Shown: positions 38,694-49,947 of the stretch, one piece after another | Position numbering within the stretch: the first letter of the stretch is position 1 | Layout: each line of letters begins with the position of its first letter | Assembly: GCA_027319565.1 (NCBI GenBank) | Contig: DAHVNA010000005.1 | Span: 548 to 64,547 of the forward strand | Reading direction: 5' to 3' | DNA from: Elusimicrobiota bacterium | GTDB lineage: Bacteria; Elusimicrobiota; Elusimicrobia; UBA1565; UBA9628 | DNA length: 64,000 bases | Translations under genes and position numbers: made by a program | Notes under the pieces: model-generated | Database searches by the model: none | Seen by the model: the letters and a program-made list of their open reading frames with translations, nothing else | Told to the model about the DNA's origin: nothing

Positions 38694-40114
38694 CAGAATC
38701 TTTTGAAATGGTCGTCGGACTCGAAGTCCATGTTCAGCTCGCGACAAAAACAAAACTCTTTTGCGCCTGCGCCAACGACGGTTTTGGCGCTCCCCCCAAT
38801 AGCCGGGTTTGTCCGGTCTGCACCGGCCAACCCGGGGCCTTGCCGGTTCTCAACAAAAAAGCCGTGGAATTGGCCTTCAAGGCGGCTTTAGCTTTAAATG
38901 GAAAGCTCGCGCACAAATCCATTTTCGCGCGCAAAAATTATTTCTATCCCGATCTGCCGAAGGCCTATCAAATCTCCCAATATGACGAACCTTTTTGTTT
39001 GGGCGGAGAAGTCCCCTTGCGCCTCAAAGACGGAAAAACGAAAATCGTCGAACTGGCGCGCATTCATATGGAAGAGGACGCGGGAAAACTTCTCCATGCC
39101 ATCGGCTCTCAGGCCTTGAATTATTCCCTGGTTGATTTCAATCGCGGCGGGGTTCCTCTCATTGAAATCGTCTCAAAGCCGGAAATTTTTTCAAGCGACG
39201 AAGCCTACGCTTATCTAAGCAGCCTCAAAGAAATTCTCCAATACGCCGGCGTTTCCAACTGCGACATGGAAAAAGGCGAAATGAGATGCGACGCCAATAT
39301 TTCTTTAAGGCCAAAAGGCTCCAAGAAACTTGGCACGCGGGCCGAAATCAAAAATCTCAATTCATTTAAGAACGTTAAGGACGCCTTGGAATATGAATTT
39401 CTGCGCCAAGCCGACGTTCTTTCTTCAGGCGGGAAAATCATCCAGGAAACGCGCCTTTGGAACGGAAAAGAAACCGTCTCGATGCGCTCAAAAGAAGAAG
39501 CCCACGATTATCGCTATTTCCCCGATCCGGATCTGGTTCCCATCGACATCACCCCGGAATGGAGCGACAAAATCAAATCCGAAATTCCAGAACTCCCGCA
39601 AGCCCGCCGCGAGCGCTTTGTCTCGGACTACCATTTATCTCCTTATGAAGCCGAGGTCTTGGTCTCCGACCGAGTCATCTCCGATTATTTTATCCAGGTT
39701 TTGAAATCTTCTGAAGCGCAAAATGACGCGGAGGTGTTGGCCAAGCTCATCATGAACATCCCTGATTTTACTCCAATCGCGCCAGAGCAGATGGCTTCTC
39801 TAGTCGCCCTTTGTCGTCAAAAAACCATTACTATTAACCAGGCCAAAGAACTTTATCCCGAGATTCTTGAATCAAAAAAAGACCCGAAGATTCTAGTGGA
39901 AGAAAAAGGCTTGGCCCAGGTTTTAGACGAAAAAATTTTACGGGATTGGGTCCAAGAGGCTCTCGCCTCAAACCCAAAGGCGATATTAGATATCAAGGGC
40001 GGAAAAAAACAAGCCGCAGGCGCGCTAGTTGGCGCGGTGATGAAATTATCCAAAGGAAAAGCCAATCCCGCCTTGGTCAACAAACTCATATTCGAAGGGA
40101 TTGACAAAGCGTAA
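38690..40114 (+). CDS. gatB: Asp/Glu-tRNA amidotransferase subunit B
   Basis: GLEVHVQL, RKNYFYPDLPK, HMEEDAGK, RCDANIS, DYRYFPDPDL. Confidence 0.98.
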   Translation: MTESFEMVVGLEVHVQLATKTKLFCACANDGFGAPPNSRVCPVCTGQPGALPVLNKKAVELAFKAALALNGKLAHKSIFARKNYFYPDLPKAYQISQYDEPFCLGGEVPLRLKDGKTKIVELARIHMEEDAGKLLHAIGSQALNYSLVDFNRGGVPLIEIVSKPEIFSSDEAYAYLSSLKEILQYAGVSNCDMEKGEMRCDANISLRPKGSKKLGTRAEIKNLNSFKNVKDALEYEFLRQADVLSSGGKIIQETRLWNGKETVSMRSKEEAHDYRYFPDPDLVPIDITPEWSDKIKSEIPELPQARRERFVSDYHLSPYEAEVLVSDRVISDYFIQVLKSSEAQNDAEVLAKLIMNIPDFTPIAPEQMASLVALCRQKTITINQAKELYPEILESKKDPKILVEEKGLAQVLDEKILRDWVQEALASNPKAILDIKGGKKQAAGALVGAVMKLSKGKANPALVNKLIFEGIDKA

Positions 40115-40129
40115 TTTTAGGGATATACT
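40101..40129 (+). promoter_or_regulatory. Near-consensus sigma70 promoter of the pilin gene
   Basis: TTGACA-17 nt-TATACT. Confidence 0.75.
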
Positions 40130-40218
40130 CTTTGGAAAGCAGGTCATGGGTGACAGAATTCGCCGATACGGCTATTTTTCCCCGTGATTCATTATAACGG
40201 CGAAAAGGGGGTCATACC

Positions 40219-40689
40219 ATGAATGAAACAAAGGCAGTGAAAGGAGCGCGGGCTTCGGGATTCACGCTCATTGAGTTAATGATCGTGGTTGCTATTATCG
40301 GTATTTTGGCGGCTATCGCCATACCGAAGTTCGCGAATCTTATCAGACAGTCTCAGGAAGGAGCGACGAAAGGAAACCTGTCAGGGATCCGCTCGGCGCT
40401 GAGCATCTATTACGGAGATAATACCGGGGTTTATCCGACGGACCTCCCGGGGCTCACCGTCAACGGAAAGTATCTGTCAGTCATCCCGAACTCGACCATT
40501 CCTCCGTATCACACGGCTACGTCTCTTGATGTCAACCAGACAGCCGGCGGCGGCCCTGGAGCGGCATCGGAAGGATCTGGAGCTGGAGAATGGCTCTACG
40601 ACAGCCTTTCAACCGATGGAAACTACGGCGGAGTGTGGGTTAACTGCACGCATACCGATACCCACGGGACAACCTGGACGACCTATTAA
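40219..40689 (+). CDS. Type IV pilin, likely the major pilin
   Basis: Class III signal G|FTLIELMIVVAIIGILAAIAIPKF; has its own strong promoter and terminator. Confidence 0.9.
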   Translation: MNETKAVKGARASGFTLIELMIVVAIIGILAAIAIPKFANLIRQSQEGATKGNLSGIRSALSIYYGDNTGVYPTDLPGLTVNGKYLSVIPNSTIPPYHTATSLDVNQTAGGGPGAASEGSGAGEWLYDSLSTDGNYGGVWVNCTHTDTHGTTWTTY

Positions 40690-40712
40690 TTCTAAGTTAA
40701 CCCAGACAGGTC

Positions 40713-40745
40713 AAGGGCCCCTCCCCAAGAGGGGCCCTTCTTCTT
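40713..40745 (+). terminator. Rho-independent terminator-like hairpin after the pilin gene
   Basis: AAGGGCCCCTC-CCCAA-GAGGGGCCCTT followed by CTTCTT. Confidence 0.7.
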
Positions 40746-41559
40746 GACGATGATGAAATCCCTGACGACTCCAAAAAACCGTCTTCACATCTCTCATTGG
40801 GGCGGGACGGGACGACCGATTCTCTTGGTTCATGGACTCGCCGGGAGCGTATCTTGGTGGGACAAGGTTTGTCCCTTACTCAAAGACGATTTTGAAGTCG
40901 CGGCTCTAGACCTCTCTGGACACGGAGACAGCGCCTGGTCTAAAGACGGCCAATATGCGATGGACTTATTTTTATCGAATATCGACGAAGCCCGGGAATT
41001 TCTTAATTGGAAGAAATTTATTCTCGTGGGCCACTCCCTGGGAGCCCGAATCAGCGTCGAATACGCCTCTCGGGAGAAATCTCCTTTAGAAGGCCTCATC
41101 GCCATTGATTTCATGCCCCGCGTAAAAGAATCTAGCCCAAGATTTTCAAGACTCGCGGGGCTTCGGCAACCCGTGTTTTCCAACGAAGAGGCGATGATCA
41201 GCCGCTTTCATCTCCAGCCTAGAGAAACCAATCTCTCCGAAGAAGAAATGCGAGAACTCGCCAAAAATCTAATCCGGCCTTGGAAAAACGGCTTTAGCTG
41301 GAAATGCGATTGGAGAGCTTTTTTAATCCGCTACGAATCCGTCTGGCCGCTTTTGCCCCGGATTCAAACGCCCAGCTTAATAGTCCGCGGACAGTTAAGC
41401 CCCATTATGGACCGAGAAGACATTAAAAAAGTTTGCCAGGAAACACTCAGAAGCGAATGTCTGGAAATTCCAGGCGCCTATCATCACGTGCCTCTCGACG
41501 CGCCAGAAGCGACGGCAAAAGCGATCCTTGATTTTGCTCAGAAACTGGTCTCTCTATGA
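40744..41559 (+). CDS. Alpha/beta hydrolase
   Basis: LVHGLAGS, DLSGHGDS, GHSLG, AYHHV. Confidence 0.9.
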   Translation: MTMMKSLTTPKNRLHISHWGGTGRPILLVHGLAGSVSWWDKVCPLLKDDFEVAALDLSGHGDSAWSKDGQYAMDLFLSNIDEAREFLNWKKFILVGHSLGARISVEYASREKSPLEGLIAIDFMPRVKESSPRFSRLAGLRQPVFSNEEAMISRFHLQPRETNLSEEEMRELAKNLIRPWKNGFSWKCDWRAFLIRYESVWPLLPRIQTPSLIVRGQLSPIMDREDIKKVCQETLRSECLEIPGAYHHVPLDAPEATAKAILDFAQKLVSL

Positions 41560-42008
41560 CGCCCTCTCACTTTGTCGCCACGGGATATGTCGTTAAAAAC
41601 GGGAAGACCCTTCTTTTACTCCACAAGAAACTAGGCTTTTGGCTGCCTCCCGGCGGACACATCGAAGAAAACGAAAATCCGGTGGAAGCTCTCTTGCGGG
41701 AAGTGCGGGAAGAAACCGGGCTTAAAGTTAAAATTCTATCGCCCTTGATTTCCCCGCCCCCCAAGGAAAAAGATGTCCAGTTTCTACATGTACCCAATCA
41801 CTTTCAGATGGAAATATTGCCCGGACACGGAATTCATTTCGATCTCGTCTATTTTTGCAAGGTCATCGCGGGCCGGGAAAAATTTTCCGTCCAGGAAAGC
41901 CGCGACATGAAATGGTTCTCTCCCAAAGATCTGGCTTCCCCTCAAATACGAGATGAAGTCAGGCGCGTGGCTCTTCAAGCCATTAAGCATGTCGGAAATA
42001 TCCGATAA
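41556..42008 (+). CDS. NUDIX hydrolase
   Basis: WLPPGGHIE.NE....LLREVREETG. Confidence 0.9.
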   Translation: MTPSHFVATGYVVKNGKTLLLLHKKLGFWLPPGGHIEENENPVEALLREVREETGLKVKILSPLISPPPKEKDVQFLHVPNHFQMEILPGHGIHFDLVYFCKVIAGREKFSVQESRDMKWFSPKDLASPQIRDEVRRVALQAIKHVGNIR

Positions 42009-42055
42009 ACTCCTAAAAATAGCCATCTCGGCGGCATTTTTGCTAATCTAAAATA

Positions 42056-43156
42056 ATGACCGCGCAAGCCGTTTCACTTCTTAAAAAAACTCCCCTCAAC
42101 CAAGCCCACAAAGACAATGCGGCCAAGATGGTCGACTTTTTCGGCTGGGAGTTGCCGCTTTATTTTGAGAGCATCCTTAAAGAACATGAATCCGTCCGAA
42201 CCCGTTGCGGGATTTTTGACGTTTCTCATATGGGACGACTCAAAATAGAAGGCCCCTCGGCTCTTGAGCTTCTTCAAAAAATTAATACCAACGATATCGC
42301 CGCGTTAAAACCCGGGCAAGCCCTTTATTCCCATATGCCAAACGAAAGCGGAGGGATTATTGACGATTTAATCGTCAGTTGCCTGGATCCCGAACATTAT
42401 TATGCGGTTGTCAACGCCTCCAGAATTGACGCCGACAAAGAGTGGATCGAGAAAAACAACGATCACGGAGTTGTCATTACGGATCAAAGCCCCGAGACCG
42501 CCATGATCGCGGTTCAAGGTCCGGTGGCGGAAGAAATTCTTTTCCGGCATCTCAAATTTAAAGAAGCCAAAAGCCTGCCAAGATTTGGAGTCACTCAAGC
42601 GGAGATTCTCAATTGCCAAGCCCTTATCAGCCGCACGGGATATACCGGAGAAGACGGATTTGAAATCGTGGTTTCATCTCAAGAGGCCACTTCCCTTTGG
42701 AGCGCTCTTATCTCGGGCGGCGCCACTGCCTGTGGACTCGCCGCGCGCGACACGCTCAGACTTGAAGCTGGACTTCTTTTATACGGTCAAGACATGAACG
42801 AAGAAACCTCAAGCCTTGAGGCCAATTGCGCCTGGCTCGTCAAATTCGGACAAGATTTTATCGGCAAAAATGCCCTCTTAAGCCAAAAAACCCGCGGGCT
42901 TACGCGCCGCCTCTGCGGCGTAAAATTGATGGACAAGGGCGTGCCGCGTCACGGAAATGAAGTCTTTTTAGGCGAAAGCCAAGCGGGAGTTTTGACCAGC
43001 GCGACATTTTCTCCGACATTAAAAACCGGAATCGGGCTCGCCTATCTTCCCGCAAGCGTCAAGGCGGGACAAGAGCTTTTTGTCTTGGTTCACGGCCGTA
43101 AAATTCCGGCCCAGGCCGCGCCGATTCAATTCTACAAAGGAAAAATACATGCCTAA
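42056..43156 (+). CDS. gcvT: Glycine cleavage system T protein
   Basis: FDVSHMG, SRTGYTGEDGFE, GLAARDTLRLEAG. Confidence 0.97.
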   Translation: MTAQAVSLLKKTPLNQAHKDNAAKMVDFFGWELPLYFESILKEHESVRTRCGIFDVSHMGRLKIEGPSALELLQKINTNDIAALKPGQALYSHMPNESGGIIDDLIVSCLDPEHYYAVVNASRIDADKEWIEKNNDHGVVITDQSPETAMIAVQGPVAEEILFRHLKFKEAKSLPRFGVTQAEILNCQALISRTGYTGEDGFEIVVSSQEATSLWSALISGGATACGLAARDTLRLEAGLLLYGQDMNEETSSLEANCAWLVKFGQDFIGKNALLSQKTRGLTRRLCGVKLMDKGVPRHGNEVFLGESQAGVLTSATFSPTLKTGIGLAYLPASVKAGQELFVLVHGRKIPAQAAPIQFYKGKIHA

Positions 43157-43538
43157 AAACGAAGAATGCCGTTATATGAAATCTCACGAGTGGGCCTATC
43201 TAGATGGAACAGAGGCCCTTGTTGGAATCTCCGATCACGCCCAGAAAGAAATCACCGACATTGTCTTTGTCGAAGCGCCCAAGTTGGGGCGCAAGGTTTC
43301 TTCCGGAGAATCCGTCGCGACGGTGGAATCGGTCAAAGCCGCTTTCGATATCTACAGCCCTCTCTCGGGAGAGATTTCCGCCGTCAATCCGGAAGTCAGC
43401 AAAGACCCCGCTATCGTCAATAAAGACCCCCATGGAAAAGGTTGGCTTTTCCGGATCAAACCTTCCAGTAAGGAAGAACTTAATGCGCTGATGGATTGGA
43501 AGCAGTATCAAGAATTTCTCAAAACCCAGAAACATTGA
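43149..43538 (+). CDS. gcvH: Glycine cleavage system H protein
   Basis: SHEW, VESVKA (lipoyl Lys), [10 protein letters not shown]. Confidence 0.97.
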   Translation: MPKNEECRYMKSHEWAYLDGTEALVGISDHAQKEITDIVFVEAPKLGRKVSSGESVATVESVKAAFDIYSPLSGEISAVNPEVSKDPAIVNKDPHGKGWLFRIKPSSKEELNALMDWKQYQEFLKTQKH

Positions 43539-43540
43539 AT

Positions 43541-46444
43541 ATGATCTCTAGCACCTTGGAACCAGAACCCCTCCTCAAAGAAAACAAGATTGTATCCGAA
43601 AGCCTGTTCGCCAAGCGCCATATCGGCCCCTCCGAGGGAGATATCGCCGAGATGCTGTCTTATCTCAAAGTATCCAGTCTCGAAGAGTTAATTGAACGCG
43701 CGGTGCCTAAAACCGTCTTATCGCGTAAGGTGATGCGCCTGCCTCAAGCCCTCAGTGAACGCCAAGCCCTTCAAAAATTAAAAGAGCTCGCCGAAAAAAA
43801 TAAAATTTTTAAGTCTTATATCGGGATGGGATATTACGACACCTTCACCCCCCCAGTCATCAAAAAAAATATTCTGGAAAACCCCGGCTGGTACACCGCC
43901 TACACCCCTTACCAAGCGGAAATCGCCCAGGGGCGGCTGGAAGCTCTTCTCAATTTTCAAACGATGGTGGAAGACCTCACGGCTCTGCCGGTAGCCAACG
44001 CCTCTTTATTAGATGAATCCACCGCCGCCGCGGAAGCCATGCTCATAATGCGGAATTTGTCGGAAAACAATTCCTCTCTTTTTTTGGTCTCAAATGACTG
44101 TTTTCCTCAAACCCTGGCGGTCGTCTCAACCCGCGCCAAGGCCTTGGGAATTGAAGTCGAAATAGCGCCTGAAGACGCTTTTGATTTCTCAAAAAGACCT
44201 TTCGGCATCCTCGTTCAATATCCGACTAAAAACGGCCTTGTCAAAGATTACGAGTCTCTATGCCAAAAAGCGCATGCGGCGGGCGCTTACGTCTCGGTCG
44301 CATCCGACCTATTGAGTCTGACCCTGTTTAAAGCTCCGGGAGAATTCGGCGCCGATATCGCTTTAGGATCTACGCAGAGATTTGGAATCCCCATGGGAGG
44401 TGGCGGCCCCCACGCCGCTTATTTAGCGACCAAGGATGAATTTAAGCGCCATATGCCGGGAAGAATTGTCGGAGTCTCAAAAGACTCTTCCGGGAAAACC
44501 GCTTTACGACTCAGCCTCCAAACCCGCGAACAGCACATTAGACGAGAAAAAGCGACCTCGAACATCTGCACCGCGCAAGTCCTTTTGGCTGTCGCCGCCG
44601 GGGCCTATGCGGTTTATCACGGTCCCAAGGGGCTTCGCCAAATAGCGGAGAGAATTCGCCAACTCGCGCAATCCCTGGCGGAAGGGCTTCAAAATCTTGG
44701 TTTTGAGTCAAAAAACAAATCCGACGTCTTTGACACCCTTTTTGTCTCTCTTCGTCCAGAGGAAATAGGAAAAATTCGCGCCGCCGCGGAAAAGCGAAAG
44801 ATGAATTTCTGGTTTGAAAAAGAGGGTGTCGGAATTTCGCTGGGGGAAACGAGCGCTGAAAAAGACGTCCTGGAAATCCTATCCGCGTTCGCTTCGATTA
44901 AAGGAGTCGCCTCTCCCATGAATTTACCCATCAAGGGCGCTCCCATCCCTGAACCGCTCAAAAGAAAAAGCAATTATCTCGCCCATCCAGTTTTTAACTC
45001 TTATCATTCAGAAACCGAAATGATGCGCTATCTCAAGCGCCTTGAGAATCGCGATTTATCCTTGGTCCATTCGATGATCTCCTTGGGCTCCTGCACCATG
45101 AAGCTCAACGCCGCCTCCGAAATGGAAGCCATGACCTGGCCGGAATTTGCCCAGATTCATCCATATGCGCCTCAAACGCAAACCCGCGGATACCAGGCCT
45201 TGATCAAGGATCTAGAAAGGCGGCTTTGCGCCATCACGGGCTTTGAGGCTTTTTCCTTTCAACCAAACGCCGGATCTCAAGGAGAATATGCCGGACTTTT
45301 GGCGATCAAAAGATATCACGAGAATCGCGGCGAAAGACAAAGAAACGTGTGTTTAATTCCCGCTTCCGCGCACGGCACCAATCCCGCTTCCGCGGCTCTG
45401 GCGGGGCTTTCAGTCGTCGTGGTTTCGACCACCGAAAACGGCGACATCGATGTCGCGGATTTGAAATCAAAAGCGGAAGAATTTAAAGAGCGTCTTGCCG
45501 CTTTAATGGTCACCTATCCCTCGACCCATGGAGTTTTTGAAGCCCAGATACGGGAAAGCTGCTCCATTGTCCATAAAAACGGAGGCCTGGTTTATTTAGA
45601 CGGAGCCAATATGAACGCCTTGGTCGGTCTGGGAAAACCCGCGGAATTAGGAGCGGATGTGTGTCATCTCAATCTCCACAAAACCTTCGCCATTCCCCAT
45701 GGCGGGGGAGGTCCGGGAATGGGGCCGATTGGAGTCACAAAAACCCTCAAGCCCTATCTCCCGGGAAATCCGCTCGACGGAGAAAATAGCTATGCCGTTT
45801 CTTCCGCGCCTTGGGGATCCGCCTCGATTCTCACCATTTCCTGGGCCTATATCGCCCAGATGGGCTACGAGGGACTTCTTAAGGCGACCCAAGTGGCCAT
45901 ACTCAACGCCAATTATCTCGCGAGAAAATTAGAGACCGCCTATCCGATTCTTTTCAAAGGTCCCGGCGGCTGGTCCGCCCATGAGTGCATCATCGAACTG
46001 AGGCCCCTTAAAAATTCTGCGGAAGTGACCGCTGAAGACATCGCCAAACGCTTGATGGATTACGGCTTTCACGCCCCGACTGTTTCTTTTCCCGTGCCTG
46101 GAACCATGATGATTGAACCCACCGAATCGGAATCCAAGGCCGAGATCGACCGTTTTAGCGACGCGATGATTTCTATTCGCGCAGAAATTCGCGAAATCGA
46201 GGAAGGCCGGGCCGATAAAGCCAATAATCTTCTTAAAAACGCTCCCCACACCCTGGAACAGGTTTGTTCAGACCGTTGGGACAAGCCATATGGCCGGGAA
46301 AAAGCCGCTTTTCCTCTGCCTCAGATGAAAGACCGCAAGTTTTGGCCCGCGGTGTCTCGCATCGACAACGCCTGGGGCGATCGCAACTTCTTCTGCTCCT
46401 GCCCGCCCTGGGGAGACGGAGGCGTTGCCCCATCGAAACAGTAG
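43541..46444 (+). CDS. gcvP: Glycine dehydrogenase (P protein, single-chain)
   Basis: [43 protein letters not shown]. Confidence 0.98.
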   Translation: MISSTLEPEPLLKENKIVSESLFAKRHIGPSEGDIAEMLSYLKVSSLEELIERAVPKTVLSRKVMRLPQALSERQALQKLKELAEKNKIFKSYIGMGYYDTFTPPVIKKNILENPGWYTAYTPYQAEIAQGRLEALLNFQTMVEDLTALPVANASLLDESTAAAEAMLIMRNLSENNSSLFLVSNDCFPQTLAVVSTRAKALGIEVEIAPEDAFDFSKRPFGILVQYPTKNGLVKDYESLCQKAHAAGAYVSVASDLLSLTLFKAPGEFGADIALGSTQRFGIPMGGGGPHAAYLATKDEFKRHMPGRIVGVSKDSSGKTALRLSLQTREQHIRREKATSNICTAQVLLAVAAGAYAVYHGPKGLRQIAERIRQLAQSLAEGLQNLGFESKNKSDVFDTLFVSLRPEEIGKIRAAAEKRKMNFWFEKEGVGISLGETSAEKDVLEILSAFASIKGVASPMNLPIKGAPIPEPLKRKSNYLAHPVFNSYHSETEMMRYLKRLENRDLSLVHSMISLGSCTMKLNAASEMEAMTWPEFAQIHPYAPQTQTRGYQALIKDLERRLCAITGFEAFSFQPNAGSQGEYAGLLAIKRYHENRGERQRNVCLIPASAHGTNPASAALAGLSVVVVSTTENGDIDVADLKSKAEEFKERLAALMVTYPSTHGVFEAQIRESCSIVHKNGGLVYLDGANMNALVGLGKPAELGADVCHLNLHKTFAIPHGGGGPGMGPIGVTKTLKPYLPGNPLDGENSYAVSSAPWGSASILTISWAYIAQMGYEGLLKATQVAILNANYLARKLETAYPILFKGPGGWSAHECIIELRPLKNSAEVTAEDIAKRLMDYGFHAPTVSFPVPGTMMIEPTESESKAEIDRFSDAMISIRAEIREIEEGRADKANNLLKNAPHTLEQVCSDRWDKPYGREKAAFPLPQMKDRKFWPAVSRIDNAWGDRNFFCSCPPWGDGGVAPSKQ

Positions 46445-47115
46445 TCGAAGCTTCTTTAGACGTCTATTCCCAAATGGCCTTAGACGAGGCCTTGCTTCTT
46501 TTTTCTCCCGAAGAGGGAGTGACTTTGCGGTTTTATTCTTGGCCGGAATCCTCCGCCACCTTTGGACGGCATCAATCCTTTCAATTTGTCGAAAGAGAAA
46601 TTAAACAAGAGGGAAAACCCGCTCTTTCCTGCACGCGAAGAATCACCGGCGGAGGACTGGTCTTTCATGGAGAAGACCTCACCTTTTCCATCACCTTCCC
46701 TTGGAAAGAGCCGATCACCCCGACTGAAATCTATCAAAGCCTCCATCATCTCATCGGCGAAGAGTTGCGTCAAGAGGGAATTTCCCTCCATTTAAAGTCC
46801 GAGCCCTCCGCAATAGCGGGGCTTAATAAAATTTGTTTTTCCGTGCCTGAAAAATCGGATATTACCGCTCTTGACGGAGCCAAAATTCTCGGCGGAGCGC
46901 TGTGCCGAAAAAACAAGCGCGGGCTTTATCAAGGCTCGCTCAAAACATCTCTTATCTCTCTTTCCCTTGCTCAAATCAAACAGGCGATATTTCGCGCTAC
47001 GTCCATCTTTGGCAAGAAAAATCCGGAAGAGAAAATCCCTTTTTTCGAACGCTCAAAAATCAGCCTTCTCGTCGATAAATACCGCTCTCAAGACTGGCGT
47101 CTCCGCGTCCCTTGA
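46432..47115 (+). CDS. Lipoate-protein ligase / octanoyltransferase family protein (start uncertain)
   Basis: [35 protein letters not shown]; follows gcvP. Confidence 0.8.
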   Translation: METVVEASLDVYSQMALDEALLLFSPEEGVTLRFYSWPESSATFGRHQSFQFVEREIKQEGKPALSCTRRITGGGLVFHGEDLTFSITFPWKEPITPTEIYQSLHHLIGEELRQEGISLHLKSEPSAIAGLNKICFSVPEKSDITALDGAKILGGALCRKNKRGLYQGSLKTSLISLSLAQIKQAIFRATSIFGKKNPEEKIPFFERSKISLLVDKYRSQDWRLRVP

Positions 47116-47150
47116 ATAAAGTGGAAAATATGTGCTATGATAATAACGTT

Positions 47151-47456
47151 ATGTACGCGGTCATAGAAACAGGCGGTAAACAATATAAGGTTGAACCCGG
47201 AGAAGTCATACGGGTTGAGAAGCTCGATCTAGCTTCTGGAAGCGAAATTAAGTGGAAAGCCCTTTGGGCTTCCAAAGGCGAAGATTCACCGCTCGCGGGA
47301 ATTCCCAAGGCGACAGTGACAGCCGAGGTTCTTTCCCAAAAGAAAGCCCCCAAAATTTTGGTTTTCCGAAAGAAAACGAAAAAGGCTTACAAAAAGATGC
47401 ATGGGCATCGCCAGTCCCTGACTGAAGTTAAAATTAAGGATATTTCTTTCAACTGA
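47151..47456 (+). CDS. rplU: 50S ribosomal protein L21
   Basis: [18 protein letters not shown]. Confidence 0.97.
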   Translation: MYAVIETGGKQYKVEPGEVIRVEKLDLASGSEIKWKALWASKGEDSPLAGIPKATVTAEVLSQKKAPKILVFRKKTKKAYKKMHGHRQSLTEVKIKDISFN

Positions 47457-47457
47457 T

Positions 47458-47706
47458 ATGGCTCATACCAAAGCTCAAGGTTCATCCTCCAACGGTCGCG
47501 ATTCAAACGGTCAACGTCTCGGCGTCAAGATCTACGGAGGCCAAAAAATCAAAGCGGGAATGATCATTGTCAGGCAGCGCGGAACAAAATTTTTGCCGGG
47601 CGAAAACGTCGGGCGCGGCAAAGACGATACTTTGTTTGCCAAGGCTTCTGGCTCCGTGCAATTTGAGTGGGCATACAAAGACAAAAAGCGCGTCAGCGTC
47701 CGCTAA
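47458..47706 (+). CDS. rpmA: 50S ribosomal protein L27
   Basis: [25 protein letters not shown]. Confidence 0.97.
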   Translation: MAHTKAQGSSSNGRDSNGQRLGVKIYGGQKIKAGMIIVRQRGTKFLPGENVGRGKDDTLFAKASGSVQFEWAYKDKKRVSVR

Positions 47707-47743
47707 AGTCTTTTCGCCTTCTTCCCCCTCTTAACTTCTTACC

Positions 47744-49063
47744 ATGAATTTTATTGATCGAGTTCGTCTTTTTCTTGAAGGTGGCCGCGGCGGGGACGGA
47801 TGTCTTGCCTTCCGAAGGGAAAAATACGTCGCCTACGGCGGTCCGATTGGCGGCGATGGCGGAAACGGCGGCGACATCATTCTTAAAGCGAGTTTGCGCT
47901 TAACCACCCTCTTTGATCTCTCCCGACAGACCCATATTTACGGAAATCCCGGAGCGCACGGAAAAGGAAGCAATAAAGCGGGGAAAGACGGCGAACCTAT
48001 CACGATTGAAGTTCCCGTTGGAACTCTCGTCTACAAAGACAATATCCTAGCTGCCGATCTTAATTTGCCGGACAAAACCTATATCGCGGCCAAAGGCGGA
48101 AGGGGCGGAAGGGGCAATCTCTCGTTTAAAACTCAATGGATGACCGCCCCCCGAATCAGGGAAAGGGGAGCCCCCGGAGAATCGGCTCATTTCGAACTGG
48201 AGCTTAAACTCTTGGCCGATGTGGGCTTGGTGGGTTTTCCCAATGCCGGAAAATCAAGCCTTCTCGCTCATTTATCCAAAGCCAGGCCCAAGATTGCGGA
48301 CTACCCCTTTACGACTCTTTCTCCCAATCTCGGAGTGGTCGTTCATAAAGGGGTCTCCTTTGTTTTAGCCGATATCCCCGGCCTCATCGAAGGCGCCCAC
48401 AAAGGCAAGGGCTTGGGATTTGACTTTCTAAGGCATATTGAAAGAACGCGGGTTCTCGTTCATCTCGTCGACCCGCAAGGCTTTGAGCCCTATTCTCCCG
48501 CGGAAGGAATCACCTTGATCGAAAAGGAATTAAACTCTTATTCCGCCAGCCTCAAAAAAAAGCCCCGGTTTCTGGCGGTTAACAAAATGGATATCCCGCA
48601 ATCCGCGGAAGTTTTTAAGAAATTAAAAAAAAGATTTTCCAAGCGCGAGATTTTCCCGATCTCGGCGGCGACGGGAGAGGGTCTTAAGCCCTTGCTCGAT
48701 TCCCTGATCAAAATTCTCTCGAAAACCCCGCCTCCGATGTTTAAAACGGCGGAAGAATCGGAAGAGAAATTAGAGATACAAAAAGGCTTTGAAGTCGAAC
48801 CCTTGGGAAACGGGATTTTTAATCTTAAAGGCGCCTCCATTGAACGCGCCGCGGCCATGTTGGACTTTGAACTGCCGGAAGCCGTGATGAGATTTCAAGC
48901 AATGCTCAAAAGAATCGGGGTTGACCGCGCGCTCAGAGCCGCCCATATCCGCGAGGGAAATGAAGTGCGTTGCGGAAAGGTCTCTTTTGAATGGAGCGGC
49001 GAAACCCCCAAACCCCTTCCCAAACTCTCGCGCGATCGCCCGACAAAACTAGGAATCTATTGA
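47744..49063 (+). CDS. obgE: GTPase ObgE
   Basis: Gly-rich N-domain, GFPNAGKS, YPFTT, DIPG, NKMD, C-terminal OCT-like domain. Confidence 0.97.
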   Translation: MNFIDRVRLFLEGGRGGDGCLAFRREKYVAYGGPIGGDGGNGGDIILKASLRLTTLFDLSRQTHIYGNPGAHGKGSNKAGKDGEPITIEVPVGTLVYKDNILAADLNLPDKTYIAAKGGRGGRGNLSFKTQWMTAPRIRERGAPGESAHFELELKLLADVGLVGFPNAGKSSLLAHLSKARPKIADYPFTTLSPNLGVVVHKGVSFVLADIPGLIEGAHKGKGLGFDFLRHIERTRVLVHLVDPQGFEPYSPAEGITLIEKELNSYSASLKKKPRFLAVNKMDIPQSAEVFKKLKKRFSKREIFPISAATGEGLKPLLDSLIKILSKTPPPMFKTAEESEEKLEIQKGFEVEPLGNGIFNLKGASIERAAAMLDFELPEAVMRFQAMLKRIGVDRALRAAHIREGNEVRCGKVSFEWSGETPKPLPKLSRDRPTKLGIY

Positions 49064-49947
49064 TGGCAGAAACCCTCAAAGCCTATCAGGCCCGGCAAGA
49101 AAATCCGCAGGACACCGCGGCGGCCTATTTGTTTTGCTTGGATCTGGCGAGTTCTCACTATGAAAATTTTCCCGTCGCTTCGAGTTTTATCTTTCCCAAA
49201 CTTAGAAAGCACGTCGCTTGCCTCTACAGCTTTGCCCGGATAGCGGACGATTTTTCAGACGAGCCGGAATATGAGGGCGTTCGACGCGAAAGACTTTTAG
49301 AATGGCGCGAAAATCTAAACAACCTTAATCTCAAAACTCCCACCCATCCCGTTTTCATCGCCCTAAAAGACACGCTAAAAACTCTTCACCTCCCCACCCA
49401 GCCTTTTGACGATTTATTGGACGCTTTTTTGCAAGACACCGTCAAAAACCGCTATCAGAATTTTGACGAGGTCTTGGATTACTGCCGGCGATCAGCCAAC
49501 CCCGTGGGACGCATTGTGCTCATGATTCATGGCTATGACCAAGAAGAGCTCTTTAAACTTTCCGATTCAATCTGCACCGGCCTTCAATTGGCCAATTTCT
49601 GGCAGGATATTTCAGTGGACCTCAAAAAAGACCGCATCTATATCCCACAGGAAGATTTCGCCCAATTTTCCTACTCGGAAGCGGATTTAAGAATGGGCGT
49701 CGCCAATGAACGATTCCGCAATCTCATAAAATTTGAAGTCGCCAGAGTCTGTCAGATATTCGAGGAAGGAAAAACTCTTCCCCAAAAACTCTCCTGGCCC
49801 CTGTCTTGGGAAATTCGCCTAACGGAATTAGGGGGACGCCAAATTCTGCGCAAAATCAGAAAACAAAACTACGACACTCTCCAATCTCGCCCCGTTTTAA
49901 CCAAGTGGGAATGGATTCCACTTATTTTGCGCGCCGTTTTAAAATGA
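49063..49947 (+). CDS. hpnC: Hydroxysqualene synthase HpnC
   Basis: HYENFPVAS, ARIADDFSDE, YCRRSANPVGR, QLANFWQD. Confidence 0.92.
   Translation: MAETLKAYQARQENPQDTAAAYLFCLDLASSHYENFPVASSFIFPKLRKHVACLYSFARIADDFSDEPEYEGVRRERLLEWRENLNNLNLKTPTHPVFIALKDTLKTLHLPTQPFDDLLDAFLQDTVKNRYQNFDEVLDYCRRSANPVGRIVLMIHGYDQEELFKLSDSICTGLQLANFWQDISVDLKKDRIYIPQEDFAQFSYSEADLRMGVANERFRNLIKFEVARVCQIFEEGKTLPQKLSWPLSWEIRLTELGGRQILRKIRKQNYDTLQSRPVLTKWEWIPLILRAVLK

Noticed and set aside
40130..40218. c-di-GMP riboswitch upstream of the pilin gene
   Set aside because: Lacks the recognisable GGCAAA...GAAA...GACGCAAAG pattern; kept only as an unassigned structured leader
42009..42055. Glycine riboswitch upstream of gcvT
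   Set aside because: The intergenic gap is under 50 nt and lacks the aptamer motifs; the gene looks leaderless
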